IMG/VR virus record: IMGVR_UViG_3300045988_117710
Source: a virus
Length of the DNA stretch: 64,000 bases
Direction: 5' to 3' (one strand)
Part shown: positions 10,365 through 20,488 of the stretch, piece by piece
Layout: each line of letters opens with the position of its first letter
Position numbering within the stretch: position 1 is the stretch's first letter
The notes under the pieces: model-generated
Databases searched by the model: none
Seen by the model: only the letters and a program-made list of their open reading frames with translations
What the model was told of the DNA's origin: nothing
Made by a program: the position numbers and the translations under genes

Positions 10365-11348
10365 ATGATGAAGTCAGATCAAGAGTTTTTCATTGAGAGA
10401 ATGTATAAATTCTTCAAATCAACTCTAGCTGAAAGTATGACTAAGGATGATCTTGATATCATTATTCATCTTATGTCATATGTTTTAGGTGATATTGATT
10501 TTGAAGCAACTAGAATGAAGTCCTATGTAGCGATTGATTTAACTCCTACTGATAGGATTCAACAATTATCTACGAATGTTGCTTTCCCATGGTCTAATGC
10601 TCTTACACCAGAGCAACAAAGACAATATGTTAAGTTATATCACTTGATTAGAAGAAGACGTGGGACTGTATGGGCAATCGAAAATCTTTGTAAGGTTTTT
10701 GGTCAAGATACAGCTTCTTATTATCAAGCAAGTGATTTACGTTCTGTTAAGCTTTTAGAGTATCCTTACAATTATACTGGAGATGCTCCATGTGATACTT
10801 TAAAGGATGAGAATGGTAAACCAATTCTAGATGAGAATGGTTGTACTATTCCAGATAAATCAAAACCATTAAAGTGGTGTTATTATCAATCAGGAGCACC
10901 TAAGTTTCCTGGTGATATGGTTTTAAGAATTCCACATATGACAACTATTCTTTATAATGAGATAGTTAATACAAAACTTGCTGGTACAAGATTATATTTC
11001 TTATTTTATTTTATGCAAGGTATTTTCCATTGTGCACCTAGTACAACTGGATTAAGTAATAGAAAGTTCTTCTTCGATCCTGCTTATGGTAAGGATTATT
11101 GGAAGATATCAGATTTACAAGCACCGGCTTGGGATAAGACTCCTACATCAATTATTATGTATATGGAGGATTATCAAGTAGGACATTATGTAGATAACTA
11201 TGAGGTTACTGCAAGTCAAATGTTCAAGGTTAAGACAGTTAAGCCATTTGATAAGGGATGGATTTTCCATGAGGTTAATACTCCAAATTATCGTGGTTAT
11301 ATTATTAGTTCTGAACAAATCGTTGATGACGAAGTTTTATATAATTAG
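10365..11348 (+). CDS. hypothetical protein
   Basis: AAGGAGGA RBS, 327 aa. Confidence 0.6.
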   Translation: MMKSDQEFFIERMYKFFKSTLAESMTKDDLDIIIHLMSYVLGDIDFEATRMKSYVAIDLTPTDRIQQLSTNVAFPWSNALTPEQQRQYVKLYHLIRRRRGTVWAIENLCKVFGQDTASYYQASDLRSVKLLEYPYNYTGDAPCDTLKDENGKPILDENGCTIPDKSKPLKWCYYQSGAPKFPGDMVLRIPHMTTILYNEIVNTKLAGTRLYFLFYFMQGIFHCAPSTTGLSNRKFFFDPAYGKDYWKISDLQAPAWDKTPTSIIMYMEDYQVGHYVDNYEVTASQMFKVKTVKPFDKGWIFHEVNTPNYRGYIISSEQIVDDEVLYN

Positions 11349-11367
11349 TTTAAGAGGAGAGTAGGTT

Positions 11368-12018
11368 ATGAGTACTTATATCACACCAGAGTTTCCTAAT
11401 GTAATTAAGACACAAGTTATTACATTGAAATCTAGACAAAGAAGAATGGTAGATTTCTATAATTTACCTGGTAGTTTCTATATGGCTTTTGGTAAGCAAA
11501 CTCCATGGAAGTCTGATACTGATCCTAATGTTAGTGATACTAATCCACCAGTACCAGATCCTAATCAACAATATATAAGTGAGTTGATTGGTCTTTGGAG
11601 AATTCAATGGAAGATGTATGCTAAGCCATTAATTAATCCAACTACTGAAGAGAAGAATAATCATATCAAGCCAATTTATAGTGGTGAGCAAATAATTGGT
11701 TATACAGATGGTGTTGAGGAATACAAGGGTGTTTACTATGCTTGTACATTGAATCAAGAGAAGGCACTTAATGAAGGTTATACTTGTGTAATGCTTTATG
11801 CTTATCTTGATAGAGATGATGTGTTCCCTGCAAATGTTACTTTCAGACAAACTGGTTTATATGTTCAATCTACAAAGACAGATTTATATATTCCTGCTAG
11901 TTCTTGGAATAACTATTCTGAAGATGATAAAGGTTATTTAGAGCTTATTTGTAATTGGAGACCTTATACTAGAAGTTCTGAAACAAGCGAAGAGTTCTTT
12001 TCGTTATTCTCATTTTGA
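11368..12018 (+). CDS. hypothetical protein
   Basis: AAGAGGAGAG RBS, 216 aa. Confidence 0.6.
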   Translation: MSTYITPEFPNVIKTQVITLKSRQRRMVDFYNLPGSFYMAFGKQTPWKSDTDPNVSDTNPPVPDPNQQYISELIGLWRIQWKMYAKPLINPTTEEKNNHIKPIYSGEQIIGYTDGVEEYKGVYYACTLNQEKALNEGYTCVMLYAYLDRDDVFPANVTFRQTGLYVQSTKTDLYIPASSWNNYSEDDKGYLELICNWRPYTRSSETSEEFFSLFSF

Positions 12019-12078
12019 TTATACTGGAAAGTATACTCTTTTTACTTTCTAAATTATATATTAATTTAGGAGGTTGTT

Positions 12079-12963
12079 ATGGGAGTGAAAGGAAGAAAGA
12101 TTTTACCAAAGTTAACATTAGAATTACTTAAAGAAGAGAGACCAGATATTGAAATACTAGGAGAATATATTAATAACTATACTAAACTTAAAGTCAGATG
12201 TAGTTGTGGAAACATTTATGAAGCAGCACCATCAACATTAAGGAAAGGCCATAAATGTATGAAGTGCTCTGGTAATAATAAGATAACATTAGATATTGTT
12301 CAAAAAGAACGACCAGATTTATTTATTGTTGAAGTTGTTAATGCCTATAATATTTATTATTTGTGTCCGACTTGTGGTACTAAATGTAAAACTTCATATT
12401 CTTGGTTAACTAATAAAGATGTTTCAAAGAGAACTAAAGGTTGTATTAAATGTCATACTTCAAGACTAGCAAAGTCTAAATTTTCTACTAAAGAGGAGCT
12501 TCAGAAGAAGTGTCCTGATATTGAGATATTAGGAGAGTATGTCGATTCCTATACACCAATTGAGTATAGATGTAGGTGTGGAGAAATTCATAAATCAAAG
12601 CCACAACATTTAACTCAAGGTAAGAGATGTGGACATTGTAAGAGGTATACAGGAGAAGAGGTTATTAAGGATTTTCTTAATAGTAATAGTATTTCTTACA
12701 TTAAACAGTATAGGTTTAAAGATTGTAGAGATAAATTACCTCTACCATTCGATTTCTACTTACCTGACTATAATATGTGTATAGAGTATGATGGACTTCA
12801 GCATTTTGAACAGAGGAAAGGTTGGACAGACTTAAGTGAAGTTCAGTTACATGATTCTATTAAGACAAATTATTGTAAGAGTAACAATATTACTTTATTG
12901 AGGATTTCTTATAGGCAATTAAGTGAAATACAAGATATATTAACAGAAACGTTCAAAAGTTGA
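12079..12963 (+). CDS. homing-endonuclease-like protein: three tandem zinc-ribbon repeats plus a C-terminal PD-(D/E)xK (Vsr/DUF559-like) nuclease domain
   Basis: Three ~65-aa repeats with CxCG...CxxC. C-terminus PLPFDFYLPDYNMCIEYDGLQHF matches the Vsr-like nuclease core. AGGAGG RBS. Confidence 0.5.
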   Translation: MGVKGRKILPKLTLELLKEERPDIEILGEYINNYTKLKVRCSCGNIYEAAPSTLRKGHKCMKCSGNNKITLDIVQKERPDLFIVEVVNAYNIYYLCPTCGTKCKTSYSWLTNKDVSKRTKGCIKCHTSRLAKSKFSTKEELQKKCPDIEILGEYVDSYTPIEYRCRCGEIHKSKPQHLTQGKRCGHCKRYTGEEVIKDFLNSNSISYIKQYRFKDCRDKLPLPFDFYLPDYNMCIEYDGLQHFEQRKGWTDLSEVQLHDSIKTNYCKSNNITLLRISYRQLSEIQDILTETFKS

Positions 12964-12984
12964 TTGAAATAATCAACTTTTTTA
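12958..12984 (+). terminator. intrinsic terminator
   Basis: 8-bp stem AGTTGATT/AATCAACT plus TTTTTT. Confidence 0.65.
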
Positions 12985-13104
12985 TATATTAGATTGAATA
13001 CCGAAGAGACAAGAAATACTTGTTATTCCAAATGGTTGAATTCAAAGTTAAAGAGTTGATTTGATATTCAGTAGATTTATTAATTATAGTATAGGAGAAA
13101 AGAT

Positions 13105-14499
13105 ATGTTAAAAACTAATCTTAACGAAAGTACTTTAATTAAAAAATATTCTCCAATTTTAGAATCAGTTGAAACTGGTTTAAAGAACTTAGGAAGAGAT
13201 GTTGCTGAATTCGATTCTTATAAGAAATATACTTTATCAAGAATCATGGAAAATGCTCAAAACTTAATTGAAACTTATTCAAAAAATAAGGCAATTATGG
13301 AAGCTGGTACTTTCCAAGTAAACAATGTTCCTGCTAAAAACCAATACTTAAAATTAACTGCTGCTGTTTATCCACAATTAGTAGCTGAAAATGTTGCTTC
13401 TGTTCAAGCAATGGAATATAAAGATGCAACTTGCTACTATTTAGGATATACTTATGGAGACAACAGAGGAGAAATCAAAGCTGGTGATTCTATAAGTACA
13501 GTATTCCAAGTTGGCCCAGATTCTGACAAATATGCTGCTTCTACAAGATATGCTTCTGAAGCTATCTCTCAAGAAGAATTAGTTGTTGAAGCTGGTGAAG
13601 CAAAACTTGCTTGGGGACCAGTTATTCCTGGATCAGTTGCTATCGATATTGATGGTACTGGTGCTACAATCGTAACTGATGACGGTTTAGGTGCATTATC
13701 TGACGGTGGTGCTATTGATTATGCTACTGGTACAATTACTGGTGCTACAATCGTTGAAGGTGCTAAAGCTGATTACAAACAAAATCTAGAATATGCCCCT
13801 GCTCAATTACCATCTGTTAGCTTAGATATTAAACCTTTATTCTTACATGCTAAACCTAAAGCATTAAGAACTGCTTATAGCTTAATTGGTGCATTCGATT
13901 TACAACAAACTCAAGGTTTAGATGCACAAAAATTATTAAGCAACTTAGCTACTGACGAATTAAGATGTGAAATCGATGGAGAAATCTTAAATGATATAGC
14001 TTCATTACCTGCTTCTGCTGCAGCTGGTGTAGTTACATGGAATATGGAAGTTCCATTTGGTATCAATAAGAAAGAACATTATGAAAGCTTATACTTCAAA
14101 ATTATTGAAGCTGGTTCAATCATCAAACAAGTTACTCGTAAATACGAAGGTAACAGAGTTATCGCTGGATTCAACGCTAACTATGTATTAAAAACTTTAG
14201 ATGAATTCAAAGCTGCTTCAACAAGAAATAGTGTAGGTCCTGTTGTTTCTGGTACTTTAGCTGGTGACTATACAGTTATCTATAACCCATATATTGGTGA
14301 AGATGATTTCACAGTATTATATCAAGGTCAAACATTTGACACAGCTTATATCTATGGTGTTTATATGCCTATCGTTTCTAGCCAATTCATTATGGATGAT
14401 ACTTTACTAGGACGTCAAGGATATGCTACAGAATACGCTAAATCATTTGTTAACCGTAAATATGTAGTTAAAGGTAAAATTACTCACAACGTTGCTTAA
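13105..14499 (+). CDS. putative major capsid (or major tail) protein
   Basis: 464 aa. Codon usage differs from neighbours (AAA/GAA/CAA/GCT-rich), consistent with high expression. Followed by a perfect 10-bp terminator. Confidence 0.4.
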   Translation: MLKTNLNESTLIKKYSPILESVETGLKNLGRDVAEFDSYKKYTLSRIMENAQNLIETYSKNKAIMEAGTFQVNNVPAKNQYLKLTAAVYPQLVAENVASVQAMEYKDATCYYLGYTYGDNRGEIKAGDSISTVFQVGPDSDKYAASTRYASEAISQEELVVEAGEAKLAWGPVIPGSVAIDIDGTGATIVTDDGLGALSDGGAIDYATGTITGATIVEGAKADYKQNLEYAPAQLPSVSLDIKPLFLHAKPKALRTAYSLIGAFDLQQTQGLDAQKLLSNLATDELRCEIDGEILNDIASLPASAAAGVVTWNMEVPFGINKKEHYESLYFKIIEAGSIIKQVTRKYEGNRVIAGFNANYVLKTLDEFKAASTRNSVGPVVSGTLAGDYTVIYNPYIGEDDFTVLYQGQTFDTAYIYGVYMPIVSSQFIMDDTLLGRQGYATEYAKSFVNRKYVVKGKITHNVA

Positions 14500-14580
14500 T
14501 TGTTGAGTAAAATATAAGTATCAATAACAAAATTTAATATTTTGGAGAAATATTTTATTAATTATTGCATAAGTAGTATC

Positions 14581-14612
14581 AAGAACACTCTATGAGTGTT
14601 CTTTTTATTTTG
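14581..14612 (+). terminator. intrinsic terminator after the putative capsid gene
   Basis: 10-bp perfect stem AAGAACACTC/GAGTGTTCTT plus TTTTTATTTT. Confidence 0.8.
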
Positions 14613-14673
14613 TTATAGTGTTAAGTAGTTATATATTTATATAGTTTAGATAGATTCTAAAGAGGAGGTGTTT

Positions 14674-17600
14674 ATGGCTTCTTATTATAGTAGTGATTCT
14701 TCTGTTAATTTAAAGAATTTTGGAAAGAAGGCCTATTTACAAGCCGATGTATCTTATTCACGTTCTGGTACTACTGGTTATAATGTAACAGTAGCAGTTT
14801 ATCTTAAAACACGTTCTACAAGTACTTCTTGTCCATTCTATTCTTATAGTTGTTATCAATATTGCTCTATTAATGGAGTAGAAAAACGTAATACAAGTAG
14901 TAGTAATCCAAGTTCAAGTTGGAGAGCTCGTGATGGAGTTCATTTGTGGTCTAGTACTCAATTTGTAGATCCGGGTGGACCTGCATATAGTTGTCCTTTT
15001 AGTGTTACTTATCGTGTTCCTTCTGGTACATATACTTTTAGTAGTCAACAAACTTTTTCTATTAGTAATTCAATAACTCTACCAGCTACTTGGGTTGCAC
15101 CAACTCAAACTTTCTTAACTTCAGCTACAAATACTACAACTAATAATACAAGTTCTAGTAGTAGAAGTTTTACTGATAATACCCACGCTTCTGGTAATAC
15201 TAGTTATGTAGGTGATTCTTTTAGTTATACTTGGGATAAGAATGACCAAGCAAATGTAGGTTCAAATGCTAATCCAGGTTCTTATGCTTATTTAGCTAGA
15301 AGTTCTTCTAATACGTCTGGTTCTGTTAATAATCACCCATCTACTGGTACAGATATTCATACTGCATGGGGATGGACTCATGGTGGAGATGATTTATATG
15401 TAGGTGGTTATACTTATACTGCAGTTCCTGCTGATGGTGGTAATTACTTATTAGCTTGTATGTATAAATATTATGCAGATTCTAATGGTAATGCATGTCA
15501 TTTTCATCAAGCAAATGGTCATTATATTCAAGCTATACCAACAATTTCTGCTACATATACTGTTAGGTCTAGAAAGCTTTATAGAAGTTCACCATCAACT
15601 GTAGTAGTTCAGTTATCTGCTATTTCTATTACAACTAATGGTTATAGGATTCATAGACGTAATAGTGATATGGGTATAGTTGAGTTTCATACTTGTACTG
15701 CTAATGGTTTCGCTTCAGCTACTAGAGGTTCTGCCGATAATGGTCAAACTTCAAATTATTCAATGTCAGGTAGAACATATCAACTTGTTTGGAAGAATGC
15801 TGCAGCAAGTAATGTTAGTGCTGGTACTTATACATCTGGAGTTTATTCTAGATATCAAAGTCCTAACTTAACAGCGGCATATACAACTGGACATGATTTA
15901 TATACTGTTTCTAATGCTTTAACTGTTGTTGATGGTTCTTTCTCAAAGATTGCTGCAAAGAACTTTAAGATAACTAATCCATCAAGTCAATATCCAACTT
16001 CTGCTTCAACTATGAATTTCTTATTAGGTTGGGAGTATAATGGTACACATAACAATGTTCGTGGTGATTATAGAATTGAACGTTCAACTGATGGTTCTAC
16101 TTGGGGTGTTGGTGGTATATCTGGTGGTACTGTTTATAAGGATTGGAGAGGATGGACAGTAGATACTGATTTATCTTCTACTGGATGGAGAATTGACCAA
16201 TCTGGCACTACTTATGTTTATGCTGATGTTCCTTTATCAACAACTGGATATTACTATAGGATTTCTTTAATCCCATCTAGTACAGATTCAGCAGGATATC
16301 AAATCTTCGGTGATCCTATTTATTTAGTTTCTGATAAGATTTATCGTGTTATTATTCCTGCAGTACCTAAGGTTAATTATTTAACAAGTATTTTACCTCC
16401 TATTGTTGGTATTGCTAATGATTTCTATTATAAATATCAGAATACATCTAATTGGGGTAACTTCTCACCTAATACTGATTTTGGACATATTAGAAGACAA
16501 TACTATGATGGTTCACATTATGAAGATTTAACAGATACTTCTAATATTACTGCTAGTGGTTATGTAGAAGGTGTATATTCAAAAACTGTTCCGAGTACTT
16601 CTACTGGTTCACTTTCTTTAAGAGTTAAGTCGTCTGTTAAGACAACTAATTGGAGTGATACAGAGTTTACTTCAGCACAATCTAATTATAAGTCTTTAGC
16701 ATTGATTGCTCAGAAGAAGTATTCTATTACAGCTTCTGATGTTGCAATTTCAACTCCATTAGCAACTACTTTATTAAGAAATATTCCATTTACTTTATCT
16801 TTACCTCGTAAAACTATTAATGGTAACTATTTAATTAATTCTGGTAGTATTTATGTAGATGGTACTAAGTCATCTGACTTTAATGATTTATCATATACAC
16901 TTGGTGATGTAGCTGGTTGGGGAACAACTTTTGTAGGTGGTAATACTACTTTAGGTTCTGATGGTGTTTGTACTTCTATATCTGGTGATAGGTCTATTTC
17001 ATTTGCTAATAAGAGTTGGTCTACAGATACTTTAACTAGAGGTGTTCATACTATTAAGGTAGATGTTGAAATTCTTACTTACTTTGATTCTGATGGTGTT
17101 AGAACTATTAATGGTACAAATTACAATTTACCTACTAACCATGTTCTATTTGGTTCTACTGGTGTGTTATCTTCTAATACATTAACTGTTGAGATTGGAG
17201 ATATTCCAGCTGCACCAACTATTAATATTCCAAATCCTCAATTCTTTAATGCAGGTCAAGAAAGAAAGTTAACTTGGACTTTCTCACCTAATGATTGGGG
17301 TGTTAATGATACAACTTATAATAATAGACATTATGATTATGAGTTATATAATCCAGCAGGTACTAAGATTCAATCAGGTACTATTGCTAAAGGAACTACT
17401 TCTCATACATATACATTTACTCCAAGTAATGCTGATTTAGGTTCTTATAAGTTTAGATTACGTCAAGTTAATGTTCTTGGTGTTTCTAATTGGGTTGAGT
17501 CTGAAATAGAAATTCAAAAGGCAATTGAGCCAACTACTTCTACTTTCTCAACTTCTGAAGTAATTGCCTTAGCTGATTGGGATTATTCATTATCAATTAA

Positions 17601-18804
17601 ACCTGGTAATAATGGTTCTTATAAACCAGTAACTACTGCTCCTATTGCTAGATATAAGATTGATGTTGTTCAGTTACCTAAGAACTTATATAATCCATCA
17701 TTTGCAGTATTTGATTCTAATTATATTACTGATGTAGGAAGTGGTTGGTATCATTTAGCTGCTGATAGAACAAGTGCAACTGGTGTAGATTATGCTGATT
17801 TCTGGACAAATTGGAATCAATATTTGAAAGCCAATACAGATTATACTTATGTACTTGAAGTTAGAAATGCTAGTGTTAATAGAAGTTTAATATTTGAATT
17901 AGGAGATACTGCTGCTCCTTCAGCTCAATTCTCTACAAACTTTGAGTTGATTGGTGATTCTGCTGATGAACTTAATGGAACACATTTCTTCTATGTTAAG
18001 ACTAAAGCTGATATGAAATCAACTTTATATAATAAGCATTGTGGTAGAGACTTTGTAACTTTACCTGCAGGATGTAATTATAGTTTAGATTTCAGAATCT
18101 CTATTATTGAAGGACATATTCCTGAAGATGAGTTCACTTATTCTGCTTATAAGAATCCTTATATAACAAATCTTACAGCTTGGACGAATGTAGGTAATGG
18201 TGCAAACATTTCTAGAAACTTAACTCATAACTTAAGTAATTATATTGATGGTTCTTATAGTCTTTATATTCCTTATGAGAGATACTATACAACATTCACT
18301 TCTAAAGAATCTCTTATTACTCAGATTATTCCACCTGAGATTCAAATTACTGATGCTAGTACTATTGAATGGGTTGGTACTGATAAGGCAGAGTTTAACT
18401 TTAAGATGTTTGTAGATATCTTTGGATGGTGTGGAACATGGAATGCTAATGAAAATCCACATACTGGTGGATGTTGGGCTGAGTATTCATTAGATTATGG
18501 TAAGACTTGGACAAGAGCTTATGATAATAAAGCGGATAGAGTTATTGAGATTCCACTTACTTGGTTAGATGAGATTTGGCTTCGTGGTTATGGTGCTAAT
18601 CCTGTTGATACTGATGATAAGTTTACTGTTGGTACAGATTCTAATGGTGATCCTATTAAGGTTGAGATTGTTAAGCATGATATGTATTCTTGTTATAAAG
18701 CATGGTTAGCTGAGAATGGTGGTGCTGAGGATTGGACAAGAAAGATTCATTTATCTCATAACAATACGAAAGAGAAGAAAATTCGCAAGATAACTAAGGA
18801 ATAA
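14674..18804 (+). CDS. large S/T/Y/G-rich virion protein, putative tail fibre or receptor-binding protein
   Basis: AGGAGG RBS with ATG at 14674; the track start at 14668 is a GTG. Length 1376 aa. Confidence 0.5.
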   Translation: MASYYSSDSSVNLKNFGKKAYLQADVSYSRSGTTGYNVTVAVYLKTRSTSTSCPFYSYSCYQYCSINGVEKRNTSSSNPSSSWRARDGVHLWSSTQFVDPGGPAYSCPFSVTYRVPSGTYTFSSQQTFSISNSITLPATWVAPTQTFLTSATNTTTNNTSSSSRSFTDNTHASGNTSYVGDSFSYTWDKNDQANVGSNANPGSYAYLARSSSNTSGSVNNHPSTGTDIHTAWGWTHGGDDLYVGGYTYTAVPADGGNYLLACMYKYYADSNGNACHFHQANGHYIQAIPTISATYTVRSRKLYRSSPSTVVVQLSAISITTNGYRIHRRNSDMGIVEFHTCTANGFASATRGSADNGQTSNYSMSGRTYQLVWKNAAASNVSAGTYTSGVYSRYQSPNLTAAYTTGHDLYTVSNALTVVDGSFSKIAAKNFKITNPSSQYPTSASTMNFLLGWEYNGTHNNVRGDYRIERSTDGSTWGVGGISGGTVYKDWRGWTVDTDLSSTGWRIDQSGTTYVYADVPLSTTGYYYRISLIPSSTDSAGYQIFGDPIYLVSDKIYRVIIPAVPKVNYLTSILPPIVGIANDFYYKYQNTSNWGNFSPNTDFGHIRRQYYDGSHYEDLTDTSNITASGYVEGVYSKTVPSTSTGSLSLRVKSSVKTTNWSDTEFTSAQSNYKSLALIAQKKYSITASDVAISTPLATTLLRNIPFTLSLPRKTINGNYLINSGSIYVDGTKSSDFNDLSYTLGDVAGWGTTFVGGNTTLGSDGVCTSISGDRSISFANKSWSTDTLTRGVHTIKVDVEILTYFDSDGVRTINGTNYNLPTNHVLFGSTGVLSSNTLTVEIGDIPAAPTINIPNPQFFNAGQERKLTWTFSPNDWGVNDTTYNNRHYDYELYNPAGTKIQSGTIAKGTTSHTYTFTPSNADLGSYKFRLRQVNVLGVSNWVESEIEIQKAIEPTTSTFSTSEVIALADWDYSLSIKPGNNGSYKPVTTAPIARYKIDVVQLPKNLYNPSFAVFDSNYITDVGSGWYHLAADRTSATGVDYADFWTNWNQYLKANTDYTYVLEVRNASVNRSLIFELGDTAAPSAQFSTNFELIGDSADELNGTHFFYVKTKADMKSTLYNKHCGRDFVTLPAGCNYSLDFRISIIEGHIPEDEFTYSAYKNPYITNLTAWTNVGNGANISRNLTHNLSNYIDGSYSLYIPYERYYTTFTSKESLITQIIPPEIQITDASTIEWVGTDKAEFNFKMFVDIFGWCGTWNANENPHTGGCWAEYSLDYGKTWTRAYDNKADRVIEIPLTWLDEIWLRGYGANPVDTDDKFTVGTDSNGDPIKVEIVKHDMYSCYKAWLAENGGAEDWTRKIHLSHNNTKEKKIRKITKE

Positions 18805-18818
18805 TTATATATTTGATT

Positions 18819-18860
18819 AGAGTACTTTGGGTGTCACCTCCTCAGGGTACTCTTTTATTT
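18819..18860 (+). terminator. intrinsic terminator (long loop)
   Basis: AGAGTAC/GTACTCT stem followed by TTTTATTTT. Confidence 0.45.
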
Positions 18861-18893
18861 TGACTATTTTTATCTTAATGGTTGATTTTTCTT

Positions 18894-18910
18894 TTTCTTT
18901 GTCGTATAAT
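18894..18910 (+). promoter_or_regulatory. promoter, TTTCTTTGTCGTATAAT
   Basis: -10 at 18905-18910. Confidence 0.5.
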
Positions 18911-18930
18911 ACTATCGAGAGGTGATATAT

Positions 18931-19293
18931 GTGAGTAGTTTCGATACAGATAAGATGTATACAGAGTTGAATAGACTTTTAGATACCTATTCATTTTCTG
19001 AATTGATGTGGTTGTTTAGAAATATTACTTATGACCAAATTAAATACTTTTCTGAAGATAGTAAGGGAGTTATTTATGATGGTTCTTATTCTAGGGAAGT
19101 AATAGAACAGGCAACTGATTTTCAACGTAAGATTTCGACTTATGCAGATCTTATGAATCAATCTATTTCAAATCATAGAGAGTTTGATAGGGATTATTTA
19201 AAGCAATATGAGTATGCTGGACCTTATCTTAATATTATCGAGAGTTTGAAAGAGAGAATCAATTTTTTGGAAGGTGTTGAGGAAGATGACTAG
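18931..19293 (+). CDS. hypothetical protein
   Basis: GTG start after a GAGAGGTGA RBS, downstream of the promoter at 18905-18910. First gene of a three-gene operon. Confidence 0.45.
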   Translation: MSSFDTDKMYTELNRLLDTYSFSELMWLFRNITYDQIKYFSEDSKGVIYDGSYSREVIEQATDFQRKISTYADLMNQSISNHREFDRDYLKQYEYAGPYLNIIESLKERINFLEGVEEDD

Positions 19294-20488
19294 TGTGGCA
19301 AAGAGTTATCAGTTTACTTTAACTGATAAGTATGTTTCAAGTTGGGGTTATTTAGAAGGTATTCGTGAGTTATTACAGAATGCCTATGATTATGGTAATT
19401 ATGATATTTCTTTTGGTTCTGATTCTATTGTTATTAAGAATTATAATGATAAGATTCAAATTAAAACTTTGTTGATGGGTTATGGGACAAAGACCAATGA
19501 TAAGAATTCTATTGGTGGATTTGGTGAAGGTTTTGTTTTAGCTCTATTGGTTCTATTAAGACAAGGATTTCAAGTTCATATAGAGAATGCTGATGAAGTA
19601 TGGATTCCTTATTTCCAAGAGAGTGAAGAGTTTAATAATGAGAGATTATTCCATATCAATGTTTTAGAGAGTGAAAGTCCAACTGATGATTTGTCTATTA
19701 TTGTAAGTGGTTTTAGTCCTGAACAATTGAATTCTATTCAAGATGAGTTCTTAGGTTTACAAGGAGATTATTCTTCTATTAAGACTTTATATGGTGAAAT
19801 TCTTACTGATCCTAATCAGAAAGGTAAGATGTATGTTGAAGGTTTACCTATTACTACTGATAGAGATTTTGAGTATGGATATAACTTTAAAGCAGAGTAT
19901 GTTATCCTAGATAGAGATAGGAAAGATATTAATCATAAGGAACTTAAGAAGATTACTTCTATGGCAATTGTTCATATGGAGGAAGATAATTTTGATTTTG
20001 TAGATAGTATTGTTGATTCTGGTAAGGAAGATATTTATGCTTTTAATCATAAGGAGATAGAGCTTCCTAAAACTTTTGTTGATAAGTATTCAGACCATTT
20101 AAAGAAGAAGTTTAGTGTTGCTGATACATCAGTTGTTGTTAATAAAACTGATGAGAAGGTTATTAAGGAACTTGAGGATATGGGTGAAGAAGTTGTTACT
20201 GTTGATAGGAAGATTTATGCAGATATTATTAATGAGACTTCTGAATATTCTTATGATAAATATCAACAAGCATCTAAAACTGTTAGTAGTAGAAGTAAGG
20301 TAGATGATGCTTGGATTTATTTTAGAAATAGTACTTATAGTGATTTGTTAGATTGGTTAAAGAAATATGAGTCATTGCTTTCTGAAGAAGCAATTGAAGA
20401 GTATAAGAGTATTATGGAATATAATGAACCTTATTTATTTGAGTTAATTCGTGATGAGGTTTTAGGTGATTCTGATGGGGCGAAATAG
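19286..20488 (+). CDS. GHKL-family (Bergerat-fold) ATPase
   Basis: N-box ELLQNAYDYG and G2-box GGFGEGF. ATG at 19286 after GGAAGGTG; the track start at 19274 is a GTG. Confidence 0.5.
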   Translation: MTSVAKSYQFTLTDKYVSSWGYLEGIRELLQNAYDYGNYDISFGSDSIVIKNYNDKIQIKTLLMGYGTKTNDKNSIGGFGEGFVLALLVLLRQGFQVHIENADEVWIPYFQESEEFNNERLFHINVLESESPTDDLSIIVSGFSPEQLNSIQDEFLGLQGDYSSIKTLYGEILTDPNQKGKMYVEGLPITTDRDFEYGYNFKAEYVILDRDRKDINHKELKKITSMAIVHMEEDNFDFVDSIVDSGKEDIYAFNHKEIELPKTFVDKYSDHLKKKFSVADTSVVVNKTDEKVIKELEDMGEEVVTVDRKIYADIINETSEYSYDKYQQASKTVSSRSKVDDAWIYFRNSTYSDLLDWLKKYESLLSEEAIEEYKSIMEYNEPYLFELIRDEVLGDSDGAK

